From contig CALSCP010001127.1 in NCBI GenBank assembly GCA_943704425.1, positions 5,585 to 69,584 on the forward strand: 64,000 bases of DNA, given 5' to 3'. Source of the DNA: Ministeria vibrans ATCC 50519 (taxonomy: Eukaryota > Protista > Filasterea). Each line of letters opens with the position of its first letter. Within the stretch, counting starts at the first letter, position 1. Both the position numbers and the translations under genes were made by a program. Below the pieces are notes generated by a model. The model worked only from the letters and a program-made list of their open reading frames with translations, was not told the DNA's origin and did not search any database. Positions 1 to 13,400 of the stretch are shown here, in pieces.

Positions 1-4
1 AAAG

Positions 5-3000
5 ATGAAGAAGGCGGAAAGTGACCCAGCGGAGGAGGAGGAGGAAGAGGAAGAGGAGAAGAACGCGGATGAGAAGGAGGAGGAGGAGGAGGAGGAGGAA
101 GAGGAGAAGAACGCGGATGAGGAGGAGGAGGAGGAGGAGGAAGAAGAGGATGCGACCGGCTCGGTGGCAACCGTATTGTTGGAGGCGACGCCACCCCCCG
201 CATCGCCACTTTTGTGCCAGGGTGAGAAAGATGACGAGAATATAGATAGTGGCATTGAAAACGACAACGAGGCAGCCATGGCCAAGAAACAGGAAGAAGC
301 GGATTTGGAGGACCTGGAACGATGGGACCAGGGAGCATCTCAGATCCAGCCGCCTCCAAACGACCCCTTCGCCTTTGACAGCCAGACGGTATCACCGCCT
401 GGACATGTCACTACAACGTTGGCGCGTGTCCCACCGCCCTCCGCCATCTCCCATTCCGCTACAACTACCGTTGACCAACCCAGCGCGACGTCCTCGACTG
501 CATCATCGGCATTGAATGGTGCTGCCGCTAAAAAGGTCTCCTTTGCCAAAACTGTGGGACGCGCCACGTCCACGACGCTCACAAGCATCCCAGAATCTCC
601 TCCAATGACTCGCAAAAAGCTCTCCAAGAGTGCTCCGCCGTCGACGGTCACTCTCACGTCGTTGAGTCGAGTAGGGCAATCGCTCAAGTTGTCGTTGACC
701 AAGCGCAAAGGTGCCAAAGCGGCGCCAAAGACAACGAAGTCCAAACATTTACCTGGTTCTTCACGCTTGAGCAACAGCAGAGGTGTGGAACCCGATCCTG
801 AGACATACGCAGATGAGGACGAAGACGACGACGAGGAGGAGGAGGAGGAGGAGGAGGAGGAGGAGAAGGTCAGCATGCGCTCAGCAACTAAGGCGTGGCA
901 GCACAAGCGGAAGGTCACGACAAAGACAAGCAAGCGCAAAGCACCCGAGAGCAGCTCCGAAGACGACGACGACGACGACGACGACGATGATGATGATGAT
1001 GATGATGATGACGACGACGATGACGATGAAGAAGAAGATGACGACTCAGACAACTCCGACGATGATTCCGACGACGACTCCGGTGGTGTCCAACGGCGTG
1101 TTCATACCAAGATGCACCACGAGACCCTCCTCGCCAATGGACCCTACCAGCGTGTGACCACCAAAGTGAAGCGAATTGTGCGATGCATCACGACGACACG
1201 CTACTACAGTGTCAACGAGAAAGGACGCCAGAAACTTCTTGCCGAGAACACAGTGTACGGCACGCCGAAGCGTGACGTAAAGACCTCAGAGCGCATTGAG
1301 CCCCTCTTGGCACCGGTATCGACAACTTCCTCGACGACGAAGGCAGCAGCAGCAGCAGCAGCAGCAGCGGCAGCGGCTGCGGCGGCGGCGGCGGCGGCGA
1401 CCGAGATTGTTACAGGGACATCACGTGGTGGCTCGTCATACAAACGCAGTCGTGTTACTCCGCCCTCGAGCAGCAGCACCGGCGGTGGCGGCGGCGGCGG
1501 CGGCGGTGGTGGTGGTGGTGGCAACGGTGCAACAACACGAAAGCGCCCGACGAGTGTGTCACGCTCTCCTGAACGACTCTATAAGGGCGCTTTCCGCGCT
1601 CCCATCACCCCATCGCCGACACTCACCCCACCCGAGGCGTCTCGTAAGAAGACCAACTCGCCCCCCGTCGTTGCAAGCAAACGAACGCGCACCTCACGTA
1701 GCCCGGCCATTGCCGAACACGATCCTCTTGCCGTCAGCACCAAAGTGTTTGCTTTTTGGGCTTGCGACGACATGTACTACCCGGCGATTGTGCGCGAGCG
1801 TGACCTCATCAACCGTACCCTCCGTGTCAAATTCTGCGACGTTCAGGGCAAAGAGATCAAACTCAATGACGACCAGGTGTGTCCTCTCTCGGCTCTGCAC
1901 GACTCCCTCTCGGCTCTGCACGACTCCCTCTCGGTGATGGTCCTGGAAAAATTTAAGAGCGACTACGTTGCGGCGCGCGTGACTCGTCGTGTCTCTGATA
2001 CTACCTTTTGCGTGGTGCTTCAGGACGGCACGCAAGACAACGAAAAGGAACTTGAGACTGGCTGGGACAGTATCATGCTGGACGAGACCATCTTCGGCAA
2101 AATACGCCCCAAGCCCAAGGCACGACCGGCTGTTCCTCTCAGTGCAACCAATCCTATCGAGGACGGCAACGACTCTGAATCGAGCACACCACGCAAACGA
2201 CGCAAGACAGCAGCAGCAGCGGCGACGGCGGGAGGAGGAGGAGGAGTCTCGGGTGCACGTGGAGTTGTTGCGTCGCCGGCGGCCATGCCAACAAGCTCAG
2301 TCTTTGCCCATTGTGCAGTGAGCAGCAAGACTGGACGGAAGCCATGGATCTTGCCTCACTCAGCGGGCACCACACCACTGCGTTGCGCGACTTTTCTGCT
2401 GTCGGGAACGGCCAAGGACGCAGTGCAGGAGGTGAAGTTACTCGGAGGCTTGGTGATTGAGACACTGGGCGCGCGACTTGACAAGAACCGACGTGTGTTT
2501 CTTGTTGCAGACGAACCGCGTCGCACACAAAAGTACTTTGCTGCACTTGCCGCGGGCGTACCTCGTCTTCACATTGACTGGCTTGCCGACTGTGTGCAGC
2601 AGGGCAAGATGTTGATGCCGTTGGCGACGGACTTTCTCAGCAATGGCACACCAAGCGACGGTGTAGAGCGCATTTCGTAAGTACTTCACGAAATCCTCTT
2701 TTCCTGTTTCTGTTGTTTTTTTCTCAAAGGAGGAGGGATTGAATTTTTCTGAATCCTGTTATAGGCATGACTCGATGGAACCGACGGGAAATACCTTCCA
2801 GGGCACACGAGTACTTGTGACGATGACGCGCACGGCCAAGAAGGTGCGCGGCGCAACACCGCTGGTTACCAAGGACAACCTGTACGTGCACTCCCTCCAG
2901 CTGGCGGGAGCGAGCGTGGTGCTCAACTTACTCGTGCCATCGGAGGAGCTCGCAGGCGAAGACGTCGATGCCGACGCAGCGCACGTCACCGATGGCGTTC

Positions 3001-3308
3001 CTCAACCGGTCAAGTATGTCGTGGTCGTCCACATGAACCATGACAGTACATCGAGTCTCTCGTGTGTACCATCCGACGCCGCTGTTTCAGGTAGAGGAAA
3101 CGTTTGAGAGACATAAAGAGAGAAGAGACTGCGACAAACAAAGACAGACAGAGAATGACTTATATTTTCTCACTCTTTTGTTGGTTTGTGTGACTCAGCT
3201 GCTGAATTCTCCCACTGCCCGATTGTCAATCATATGTGGTTGCTTGACTCGCTCATATGCGAGGAGGTGCTTGAGCCGCAGCCAGAGCACAGACCTGATT
3301 ATATGTAG
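5..3308 (+). CDS. TP53BP1: 53BP1/Rad9/Crb2-like DNA damage checkpoint protein (acidic low-complexity N-terminus, tandem Tudor, tandem BRCT); may start upstream of the window
   Basis: Tudor-like KVFAFWACDDMYYPAIV...VKFCD and BRCT-like VADEPRRTQKYFAALAAGVPRLHIDWLADC. Introns 2677-2764 and 3091-3198 join a second BRCT ending PIVNHMWLLDSLICEEVL...HRPDYM*, resembling the 53BP1 C-terminus. Confidence 0.8.
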
Positions 3309-3368
3309 ATTACTTCAATATTAATATAATAATAATAATAATGATAAATTAATTATAATAAATTTATT

Positions 3369-3404
3369 ACTGTTTCATTAAAAATGGGTTGTATTCTTCT
3401 TCTT
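3369..3404 (+). mobile_element. Degenerate copy of a dispersed element 3' end (...AAATGGGTTGTA(TTC)n)
   Basis: Matches the 63823-63867 copy with about one substitution and one deletion, and the 44258-44302 copy with one further substitution. Confidence 0.55.
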
Positions 3405-3630
3405 GTTATTATTAATTTTATTAATTTTTATTATTATCGCCTTTGCAATACACAAGACTCGCGGGGTTGCATGGGCCAGCGCCAGCGATCAAGGATGTCC
3501 GCAAGCGCAGTCATAGAGCCGCTTTGAGAATGTGACAAAGGCACTCTTGGCTCAGGAGGCAGTTGCGGGCTAGACCTGGATCGCTATGCCGTCGATAATG
3601 CTTACCGTATCGTTGTGTCCATTAATAGTG

Positions 3631-3703
<73 letters not shown>

Positions 3704-3710
3704 TAATAAA

Positions 3711-3796
<86 letters not shown>
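3631..3796. repeat. (AAT)n microsatellite
   Basis: About 165 bp of nearly perfect AAT repeat. Confidence 0.98.
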
Positions 3797-3837
3797 GACA
3801 ATCATTATAATATTATTGTTTTGATTTGTGAACTGAC

Positions 3838-6096
3838 CTGATGTCCCTGTTGGACATTGGCAATGACTTGTTCAAAGCAGGCCTCGTTCATTTGGTTCTC
3901 TTGGGCATTGCGGTTGGTGGCTTTGACGCCAACAAAACGCTGGGCGAGCGGAACGGGACGGAACCGCTGGTCAAAGTAGAAGAGACCCGTCATGGGATTG
4001 GCGCGCAGAAAGAAAGCTGCGTCGACATAGTTCGGGAGGGTCGCCGACAGACCCACAATGCGGATCATGGTCTGAGCACTCTCGACCTGACGGAGTGTAC
4101 GTGCGACGAGTGCCTCAATGACGGGACCGCGCTCGTCGTGCAGCAGATGCACCTCGTCGATGATAAGCAGACGCACCAGCTGCGCCAGTCCCACGTCGCC
4201 GGTGCTCTTGCGCGTCACCACGTCCCATTTTTCGGGTGTTGTCACAATCATTTGCGTCGCTTGAATCTCCGCCTTGGTCATTTGCATGTCACCGGTGAGC
4301 TCGCGCACCGCAATTCCCAACGGCTTGAGCCGTTCGCCAAAGGTACGGACCATCTCGGCGGCAAGAGCCTTCATGGGCGCAACATAGATAATTTTGAATG
4401 CGTCGCGATGGATCACGTCTCCTTGCATGTGCTGCCGCAAACAGCGCGTCACGCACATCATGGCAACGTTGGTCTTGCCTGCGCCCGTGGGAGCGCACAC
4501 CAGCAGATTTTCACCGCTGTTGTACGCTGCGTCGAAGAGGACCGTCTGAATGCGATTGAGTGTCTGGCAGTTGCGAAAGGCAACCTGTCCCACTCGATCG
4601 AGCGACTCAATGCGAATGAGCGGTACGTCAGCGAGCGGCAAATGCGAGACTGTGGGTGCAGGGATGCTCACCGTCTCCGTCTCCTTGGTGACAACGCGCG
4701 TGGTGCCCTGGGGCAGCATGAGGTTGCGTCCGGCGACGAGCACGTCGGCATCGGCGCGTTTGCGACCCCCTTCGCGTCCGTCGTACACGTGCGGGTACGA
4801 CTGCTGTGCCTTGGCAGCCGCCTGACGAGCTGCAGCGCGCTCCGTGTTCTTGATCAGAGGTGCATTGGCGGCGTCGTGAAGCGCCTGTTCGCGTCGTTCG
4901 CGCAACGACAGTCCCGTCGCGTCCACCCCAAAGCCCAGTGTTGCAATCAGTGCGTCTTCGTCGACCGTCCCACCTTGCTCCTCTTGTCGCTGCTGATGCT
5001 GCTGCAGCTTCTTCTCCAGCTTGCGTCTCTCCTTGTCCAATTTCTTTTGCACTGCCGTCTGAATGGTGATTTGCGACGTGACGGGCGGCGCTGCCAGTGA
5101 TAGAGCCGATGAGGAGGAGGAGTCGGCGGTCGCTTTGCTTGAGGTCTCGTTGAGCAGCAGGGTGGAGACGGCAACGCGGTGCTCGACGGCTCCAAGCACA
5201 ACGGCAACGACGCTCTCGCGGTGACGCAGAAGCTCTTCGATGAGATCCATGTGTTCGAAGCCAAGCAGCTCAAAGAGACCATTTTGCAGCTCGGCATCGC
5301 CACCGCTGCGCATGAGACAGTGGAACACGCCGAGTGTGATGCTCTGGAGTTGCGAGTCGTCGCCCTCGGTAGAAGAAGACATCGCCTGTTGCACTTTGTA
5401 GCGCAGCCATTCTGTCTGGTCGGGACGAGGCGGTGGTGCGTGGTCGTTCGACGACGTCTGTTGCTGTGGCGAAGGTCGCGTTGTTGTCTTCGGTCGAAGC
5501 GTCGCCATGTCGACGGGACGGAGCGGCGGGAATCCCTGAGGGCCGGCGATGTCGGGCACGACAAGGTGAAGGTCGGTGCCGTAGGGGCGATCGGCAAGGT
5601 GGGGAGCGCCTGGAGCGAGCGTGGGTGAGGTGGAGGGGTCTTTGAGGGAGTCCGGCAAACTCGAGAGAGTGTCGACAATGGCTTCGACAATGGGTGCGGT
5701 GTTGGTGGATGGCGCAAGAGCAGGTGCCAGCGGGACGGCAGCTTCGAGGTCGTGGCGCAAGTGGCGTGCGCAAAAGGGGCCTGTGGGACCGGTGTGCGTC
5801 GTGCGAGTGCGCGCAACGAGTTCGCACAGCGCATCGTCAACCAACGCAGCGGGCGCCTCGGGATCCCGCAGGATATCCCGGCGCATCATGTCGCGCAGCC
5901 GCTTCATTTGCTCACGTGGCAACGCCTCCGACAGCTGCTGCACGCTGAGTGCGTCGCGAGAGGTGGCGGAAAGACGTTGCGTAACCAAAGAAGTGATTTT
6001 GGGATCGCTCGACGACACGGGCATCGTTTTCGCCGTGCAACTGCGCTCCAAGGGGCCTCCGCCAAGGGCGCGAAGGGCCTCCGTTAACGAGGGCAT
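3838..6096 (-). CDS. ASCC3: ASCC3/Slh1 Ski2-like helicase, N-terminal third only (truncated in this assembly)
   Basis: N-terminus MPSLTEALR resembles ASCC3. Motifs LFELLGFE, APTGAGKT, IIDEVH, GLSATLPNY and FRPVPL are present. The exon ends QQGHQ at a GTCAGT donor (3837), and no downstream helicase exons are visible. Confidence 0.85.
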
Positions 6097-6264
6097 AACT
6101 TGATCACCAAAAAGAAATATTTAAAGTGTGAAATATTTATAATACTCTTTCATAATAAATTTATTGATCATTATTGGAGTGATTGATCTTGGTCTTTAGT
6201 CAAATATAATAATTGTCCGTGTCGGGGGGTTAGTGACACGACGCGAACGAGTGCATTTTGCGAG

Positions 6265-7587
6265 ATGTCTTTAAAAGACCGCACGGGCGAGTTTCGATCG
6301 GCGGTGGCGTCGCTGCGGTCGAGGAAGGGTGTGCAGCAGAGTGCGCGCGCAAACGGACCGACGCGACACACAAAACACCTCGTACAGTTCACGCAGCTGG
6401 CGCGCAGTGTCGGCGCTGACATCACCAAGTCGTTTACCAAGCTCGACAAGCTCACAACGCGTACGTGGACGCTGTGAGATGCGAAAACACAGCTTTTTTA
6501 TTTTTACCCTCTTTGTCGTGCACAACTGCCACGTTGCGGGTGGATCGACCGTCCCCTGTGTGGCGATGTGCACGCTGGTGCGCGTTCATTCCCCGACATT
6601 GCGTGTGTTTGTCTCATTCACTCGTTTTTTGATTTTTTCATTTTGTGACTCTTTTTCGTTTTGCGTTTTGTCACCTTTTTCCGTTTTGACACATTTTTGT
6701 GTCTTTGCAGTTGCGAGAAGCAAGTCGCTCTTTGATGACAGACAACAGGAGATCCAGGAGCTGACATACATCATCAAGCAGGACATAGCGGCGCTGAACC
6801 AGCAGCTGCAGACGCTGCAGTCAATGCAGCGCAATGGCAAGACGACGCACAACGCACAGGAGAACCAGCATTCGACGGGCGTCGTCTTGTCGCTGCAAAA
6901 CCGCCTTCAGTCCATGAGCGGTGACTTCAAGTCGGTGTTGGAACTGCGCACGGAGAATCTGAAGAACCAGAAGGAGCGTCGCGAGCAGTTTTCAACGTCG
7001 ACTGGCGCACAACTCGATTTGAGTAAGGAATGTTTGGTGAAGGAGAGAAGGAATGTTAACATTTGTGTGTGTGTGTAGGATCGAGTGTGATAGACACGGC
7101 ATTGTCAGACGAACTAGGGAGTGGCAGTGGGGATGGGAGTAATGGGACTGGAGGGATGCAGTCGATGGCGGTGATGGTGCGACAGGATGAGACGTACCTG
7201 AGCTCACGCGCTGAGGCAGTACAGGGCATTGAGTCGGTGATTGTGGAGTTGGGAGGGATGATGCAGCAGTTGGCTCATATGGTTTCGGAGCAAGGAGAGC
7301 AAGTGAAAAGGTACTAAAATGCCATTCTCTCTTTTTGTGTCATTATCTGTTGTTACTCATGTGTCGTTCTGTGTTTGTCACTCATGTGCCGTTTTCTGTG
7401 TGTTGCTTATTTGTTGTCTTTTTATTACAGAATCGATGACAATGTGGATGAGATGGAGCAGAATGTCGAGCAGGCGCACGGTGAGCTTCTGAAGTACTTC
7501 TCGTCTGTCTCGTCCGATCGGTGGCTCATGATCAAGGTCTTCCTTGTTCTTATTGTATTCTTTATTGTCTTTGTACTTCTGGCTTAA
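6265..7587 (+). CDS. STX5: Syntaxin-5 (Sed5)
   Basis: KDRTGEF N-peptide, KLTTLARSKSLFDD..EIQELTYIIKQDI, a SNARE motif and a C-terminal TM. Introns 6461-6710, 7023-7078, 7311-7430. Confidence 0.95.
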
Positions 7588-7749
7588 TAAAATCCGTTTC
7601 GCTACTCTAATTTTACATAATTATTTTTAATCAAAACGGAATCAAAACAAAGTCTTTTTTCACATAAACAAGAGTGATTGATATCATTTTGTAAACTCAC
7701 TCAACTCAGCTAACTGACACTTCTTTCATCCATTGTGTCTCAAAGTGGC

Positions 7750-8151
7750 ATGAAACTGATAAGCGGCAGCGTGCGGGCACACGGCGGGGCGGTCTACGAT
7801 GTGGATGGGGTGGTGGACCGCGACGGGCGTCTCCAGGTGTTCCTGACGGCACAGGCGGAGCAGTGGCACGCTGCCTTCCAGCCCGAGTATGTCGAGGAGC
7901 TCACCCGCAAGACAGGAAGTGCTAAGGTGCGTGCGTCTGCTTCTCCCTTTGCAAATTCAATCAAACCCTCTTTGTGTGTGTGTGTGTGTGTGTGTGTGTT
8001 TTTTTTTTTGGTTTGGTAGACGTTTGACACATTCGTTGCAATGCTCGAATCGGCCGTGCAAGGACGAGATTCCTCCTCCGTGTCCCTGGAGATTCTCACT
8101 TCAGTAGATCTTGATCGATTGCGAGCGCAAAAGCGAGGTAGAGTGGCCGCA

Positions 8152-8187
<36 letters not shown>

Positions 8188-9549
8188 CGGTTTCGTCTCT
8201 GACTCTCTGTTTCACTGACAGGCTCTCGGTCAAACAGTCCCGCTTCATCATCTCAGAAGCGCTTTATCATTATGACCTACAGCACCACCTACGATCGAGT
8301 GCACTATCCCCTGCCGCTTGTGTACAGCGGACGACCCGACAGCGTCCGGTTACGACAGGAGTGCAATGCAATGCGACGCGAACTGCTGTCGGCGCGCGGT
8401 GCTGACACCGCTGGCTATGTGCGAGCCGAGCAGCGCGACGAGATGGAGGCTGAAGTGGCTGCATTCAAGCGCATGTGTGTGCAGCTGACTGAAGAGAAGC
8501 GACAGTTGCAAGATGAGGTGCGCGAGTTGACGTCGCAACTGAGCGAAGTCAAGTCTCGCGCCGAATCAGCTGCTGCAGCGTCACCGGACAGTGGCGCCGG
8601 TGTCACACGAAAGGAGCTTCGAAGCATGCGCGAGCTCATTGCGCGTCTGGAACAGGAAGTGCTCGAGGAGAAGATGTCGCATAGGGCGGCACTGCGCAGC
8701 AAAGCGGAAGAGTGTGTGCGCGTAGCGCGGGAACTGGAAGAGGCGCGAGCGGAAGAGCGTCAGTTGCGTCGCCAGTTGTCGCATGTCACCCCAATTCCGT
8801 CACCCTCAGCAACAACAACAACCGCATCTGTTGCTCGAAAGGACGGACCAGTGCGTCGCTCCGCGCGGACTCGCGCTCGTTCCAACTCTCTCGAATCCAT
8901 CACATCCTCTCAATCTCGACACCGCAAGCCCAATCCACATGCAAACGAGACCAGCGCGCCTCGTCAGCACCATCGCGGTCGCAGTCGCACTCCAAAGGGT
9001 CTCCCACCCGCTTCGCCTCGCTTTGATCCGACGCAGTGGGTCCTTGAGCGCGATCAGCGTCGCGACCAGCTGAGACGCGAGAGACGCGAACGCGAGCGCA
9101 GTCGCAGTCGCAGTCGCAGTCGCGAACGCACGGCTGCTACTACCGCTCATCGGCTACCCGCCAGTCGCATCGCTCGCAGACCTGCAAGTGCCAGTGGTTA
9201 CTGGAGTGACGACACATCGAATGCGTCCGACTCCAGTGCTGGTCCTTCCCGCTCCCGCTCCCGTTCTCGCTCTCGTCCGTCTAATACTACTACTACTATT
9301 ACTACTGCGCCGTTGCGTCGCTCTGCCTCTCCTGTCCCATCTCACCAAAGTGACAAGTCTCTCTTTGACTCGCTCTTTCCGTCTTCCTCTGCCAACTCAC
9401 CCCTTCCCAATCAACACCAACAGCGCCATACACAACCCACTCCTTCCACTGACGCACGTCGTGCCTACGAGGACGCTTCAGCCGACATTAGTGACATTGA
9501 CACTCGTCTCAACCGACTTCAGGCGTTTCTCCGTCAAGCCACTTTGTAA
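7750..9549 (+). CDS. CCDC61: CCDC61/VFL3 centriolar SAS6-like coiled-coil protein
   Basis: Spliced head domain EELTRKTGSAK|TFDTFVAMLESA...KRFIIMTYSTTYDRVHYPLPL, then RFDPTQWV and a C-terminal DIDTRLNRLQAFLR. Introns 7927-8019, 8138-8221. Confidence 0.9.
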
Positions 9550-9768
9550 AAATAATAATAATATTGCATCATTTTCTTTATACTACTTGGATATCTTAAA
9601 CTCGTGCTTGTACATCGTTTCCTTGGCTCCGCGTGAGTCGTGATTCGTTTTAAGTCGTTAAACCCATCGCGGTTAATTATTATTATTTATTTTATTTATT
9701 CTTCAATTATTAACTTTCCGTTATTCTTACATTAGTAGTACCAGAAGCATACTGAAGTATTGCTGATC

Positions 9769-10461
9769 ATGCCCGTTGCGCTCGTGACCGGCTTCGAGCC
9801 ATTTGGCATTCACGAAGAGAACCCGTCGCGTTTGATCGCGCGCGCTCTTGACGGCCATACAGTCGGCGATGGGGTGCAAATAGTCAGTGCCGAGCTGCCT
9901 GTCGAGTATGTCCCAGCTCAGCGGATCGTACCGGCGCTGTGGCAGCAGCATGCGCCCGATTTCGTGCTGCACATTGGCGTGGGACGCGACGGACCCGTCC
10001 GGCTGGAAACACTCGCTCACAACGGCGACTACACCCGCTTGGACAACACCAACAGCCCCGCAGCTGGGGCCGAGCACAAGTGCGTGGACGCTGACAGTGT
10101 GAGCGCCTCCACTGTTCTCAGAAGTAAGCGGGAACATAACACCAACAGTGTTTGTTTACATTTTGCGTTTGTGCTCTCCTCTGCTACAGCCACGATCGAT
10201 GTCAAGGCAGCCTCGGCTGCTGTCAAATCAACCAGTGGTGTTCCTTGCGAAGTCTCCGAAAACGCAGGCCGCTACCTGTGTGAGTTTGTCTTCTTTTTGT
10301 CTCTCTATCAGTCGTCAATGGACAAGCGTGTTCCGGTTCTCTTCTGTCACGTCCCCCGCATCTCTGCCGACGCTCCGTACACCCTTCCGCACCTCATCTC
10401 CGCTGTTACTGCACTTCTCCAGCACATCACCACTTGCTCATCCTCACAGTCTGAGAGATAA
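9769..10461 (+). CDS. PGPEP1: Pyroglutamyl-peptidase I (C15)
   Basis: VTGFEPF..NPS, LHIGV, SENAGRYLCEF (catalytic Cys), FCHVP. Intron 10124-10189 is 66 nt, in frame and stop-free. Confidence 0.92.
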   Translation: MPVALVTGFEPFGIHEENPSRLIARALDGHTVGDGVQIVSAELPVEYVPAQRIVPALWQQHAPDFVLHIGVGRDGPVRLETLAHNGDYTRLDNTNSPAAGAEHKCVDADSVSASTVLRSKREHNTNSVCLHFAFVLSSATATIDVKAASAAVKSTSGVPCEVSENAGRYLCEFVFFLSLYQSSMDKRVPVLFCHVPRISADAPYTLPHLISAVTALLQHITTCSSSQSER

Positions 10462-10496
10462 TCGTGAATGAAACTTTTTACATACAAAGTTAAGAC

Positions 10497-13400
10497 TTAG
10501 TAACGAGGTCGCTTAGGCTCGGACGACGCTGGAGACGGAGCAGCGCCCTCGGGAGGGGAAAGTAAGCTGTTGGTGTCGGGCGAGACTGCGGAGTGGGGTG
10601 CACGACGTTTCTTGACACGTTGTTTGTTTGGATCAGTGATGTTGGAGACAAGGCCCTGAAACGAAGTGGGACCGGAGGGAGACGAAGAGGTGCCATTTGC
10701 AGTGCCGTGGGGTGGTACAGGGTCAAGATTGGACGAGGACGAGGCGGACATGGGATGGTCATGAGCAAGATCAAAGTCACTGGTGGCGCCTGGGAGTCCA
10801 ATGGCTTCGTGCAGTAGCCGCGAATTTGGTTGTGCCAGCAACGAGTCCATTCCATCCTGTACGCAAGAGAATGAGAAATGTGAGAGTGTTGATGTGTGTA
10901 ATAAGCGTACGGCCATGATGATGGAGTCCTCTCTGGGGTGTTGATAGTCTGTGGTTGTCGCTGTGGCTGGTGGGGCGACTGTGGGTGGACGGCTCTGGTG
11001 GAGGTGGGTGTTGTTGTGGTGGTGGTTAAGACCAAAGGCGTCTTGTGACGGTTCCATGAGAGGATGGTCTGAGCCGAGAATGGAGACGCGACGCAATCGC
11101 GATGGACTCGCTTTGACTGTGGTTGTGGATGGTGTCGCTGTTGCGGCAGCGGCAGCGGCTGAAAATGCAGTTGGAATGAGTGTTGGCGTGGAGGCGATTG
11201 AGGGAAGGGCAGGAGAGGAAGGGACTGGAGAGAGAAGGGTAAGGACGGTTCTGCGAGGGGGTTTGGATCCAGGTGGTGGGTCAGGAGACACATGGGACGT
11301 TGCAGCTGTTGCTGCTGTTGTTGATGATGATGATGTGATATTGCGGATGGGAAGAGTGGGAGAGGAGGAAGAGGAGGTAGAGGGGGAAGTGAGAGTCTGT
11401 TGTTGTTGTAGTTGCGCTGACAAAGGGTGAGCCCAAACAGCTGTGACGCCATGTGGACCCACCATAGGCACAAGAGTTGCTTCACCATTTGTTTGGTGCT
11501 GCTGTTGTTCAACAGCCGCTGCAGAGGTGATCCAGTCATAGTGGAGTTGAAACAGTACAGGTCGTCCAAGGTGCACAAACACATCGCCAATTGTGCGCAT
11601 CTCTAAGGGTGCCGAGTCGCTCATAGACGGCGCATAAAACTATACCCAAATAGAATGGTCAGGAACTGTCGACTCCAGTTCATACATACTTACTCTTAAA
11701 CGGCCGTGGCAGAGCGACACACCATTGCGTGACCATTTTTTGGTCAAAAAGGTGCGCAGAGAGTCAAAGGTCTTGGAGGATTTGACGGAAAGCTCAAGGA
11801 AAGCATTGTGGCCAGAGGACATTAAAAGTGACTGGACATGGGGACAGCGAGGTATGAGCTGGACGACACAACGAGAATCGGCAGCAGCAGCAGTAGTAGT
11901 AGTGGTGGTGGTGGTGGTGCGAGTGCGGGGGTGGCGTGTTGACGGTGGCGCTGTTTGCGACGTGCCGTCGCGAGGACACACGGCGAGGTTGTGTTGCTCG
12001 AGCCACTGTTTGACGGAGTGCAAATTGAATGCCTTGCTGGTGGGGGCAGATGAGGTTGATGCACCAGTCAATGCAGGCGTTGCCGATTTGGACTTGGCGG
12101 CGGATGATGCTGCGCTTGTGTGTGCGGCGGTGCTACTGTTGGCGTTTGTGGGGATGCCATACGATGATGCACTGCTGCCATTTGTAGTAGTAGTTGGGGT
12201 GTTATGGTACACAAAGGGAGCGCCCGTCCCGTTGGCAGTGACACGCCCTGCGGAGGCAATCCCGGAAGACCCATTGGAGAATGAGGAGGCGGCAGCGGCC
12301 AAGGTGGCAGCGGGCATGGAAGAAGGTGCAGTAGCACTGTTGACGCCGGGAAATGCACCAACGCCATTTGTGGGCGCCGTACGACTTGCTGTGGTCGCTT
12401 TCACACGCACAATGACAGGTTTGCTATCGCGCGATTTGTACTGGCACGAGCCCGTTTCGTACAATTGGCGAAACAGTCGCTGAAAGGTCTTGCGACGTGT
12501 TGCAGCGCCCTTCTCGCTTGCGTTACCCCCATGATGTGCAAGCTTGATCCGCAACGCCAAGAAACTACGTACAGCACGTAATTCATCGTGATGTTTGGTG
12601 GTAGTAGCAGTTGCAGCAGTAGTAGACGTTGCAGCAGTAGTAGCGGTGTTCGTGGTGATAGCAGCATCTCCATCCGTCTCCAAGTCCGAATCGGACGCTG
12701 TCGCCTCGGGAACCGTCACCGCACCGCCAGTCGCAGTGGATGCTGACGAAGAAGTAGTCGTCGTGGTAGTAGTTGCAGTAGCAGCAGCGGTAGCAGCAGT
12801 TGCAGCAGCAGCAGCAGCAGCGGTAGCCGCCGCCGCCGCCGCCGCCGCCGCCGCAGCAGCAGCAGAGCTTTCGTTACTCTCGACATCCTCGACAAGCCAC
12901 CGTCTCGACTTTTTGGCCAGTCGGTAAAAGTAATGGTACACCTGAGCAACGTCGCGCGACGGCACCTTGGCGTTGATCTTCTCAAAGTCTTTGCCATACA
13001 CATCCAATGCTTTCAGGAACTTCTGCTCCTCGTCCGTCGTCCATGGCTTCTTGACAGTGTCTGCAAGAAGTCGACAGAAACAGCCATAAGATGATTCGAG
13101 TGAGTGTGAGCGGATTCAGAGGGCCGGAACGAGCAAGGCGTGCGTCTCAGTCACAGGGGTACAGCTGGTTTTCACCGCCAGAGAGTGTGCAACAGGTAAA
13201 AAAAGCGTCAGACACGCCGTGTGAGGGAAAGTGGTAAAAAAGAAATCCAAGTTTTTGGCGCGACACCAAAAACAGCGCCATTTGCAAGATACAGCTCAAA
13301 CGAGGATCGCGCCGAAGCCATAGTGGCGGAAAGCGTTACACTAAGCCGTACCACATGAAGGCGATACGCAATACGGCCGCGGGAAGCCTCACGAGGTGAA

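Noticed and set aside
1886-1933. 21-bp tandem duplication (LSALHDS x2) between the Tudor repeats of the 53BP1-like gene
   Set aside because: It is in frame, small, and probably a neutral slippage event or an assembly variant.
3841-5100. Long antisense ORFs (also 19938-21440, 23243-24562 and others)
   Set aside because: They are shadows of GC-rich coding sequence on the opposite strand and contain no motifs.
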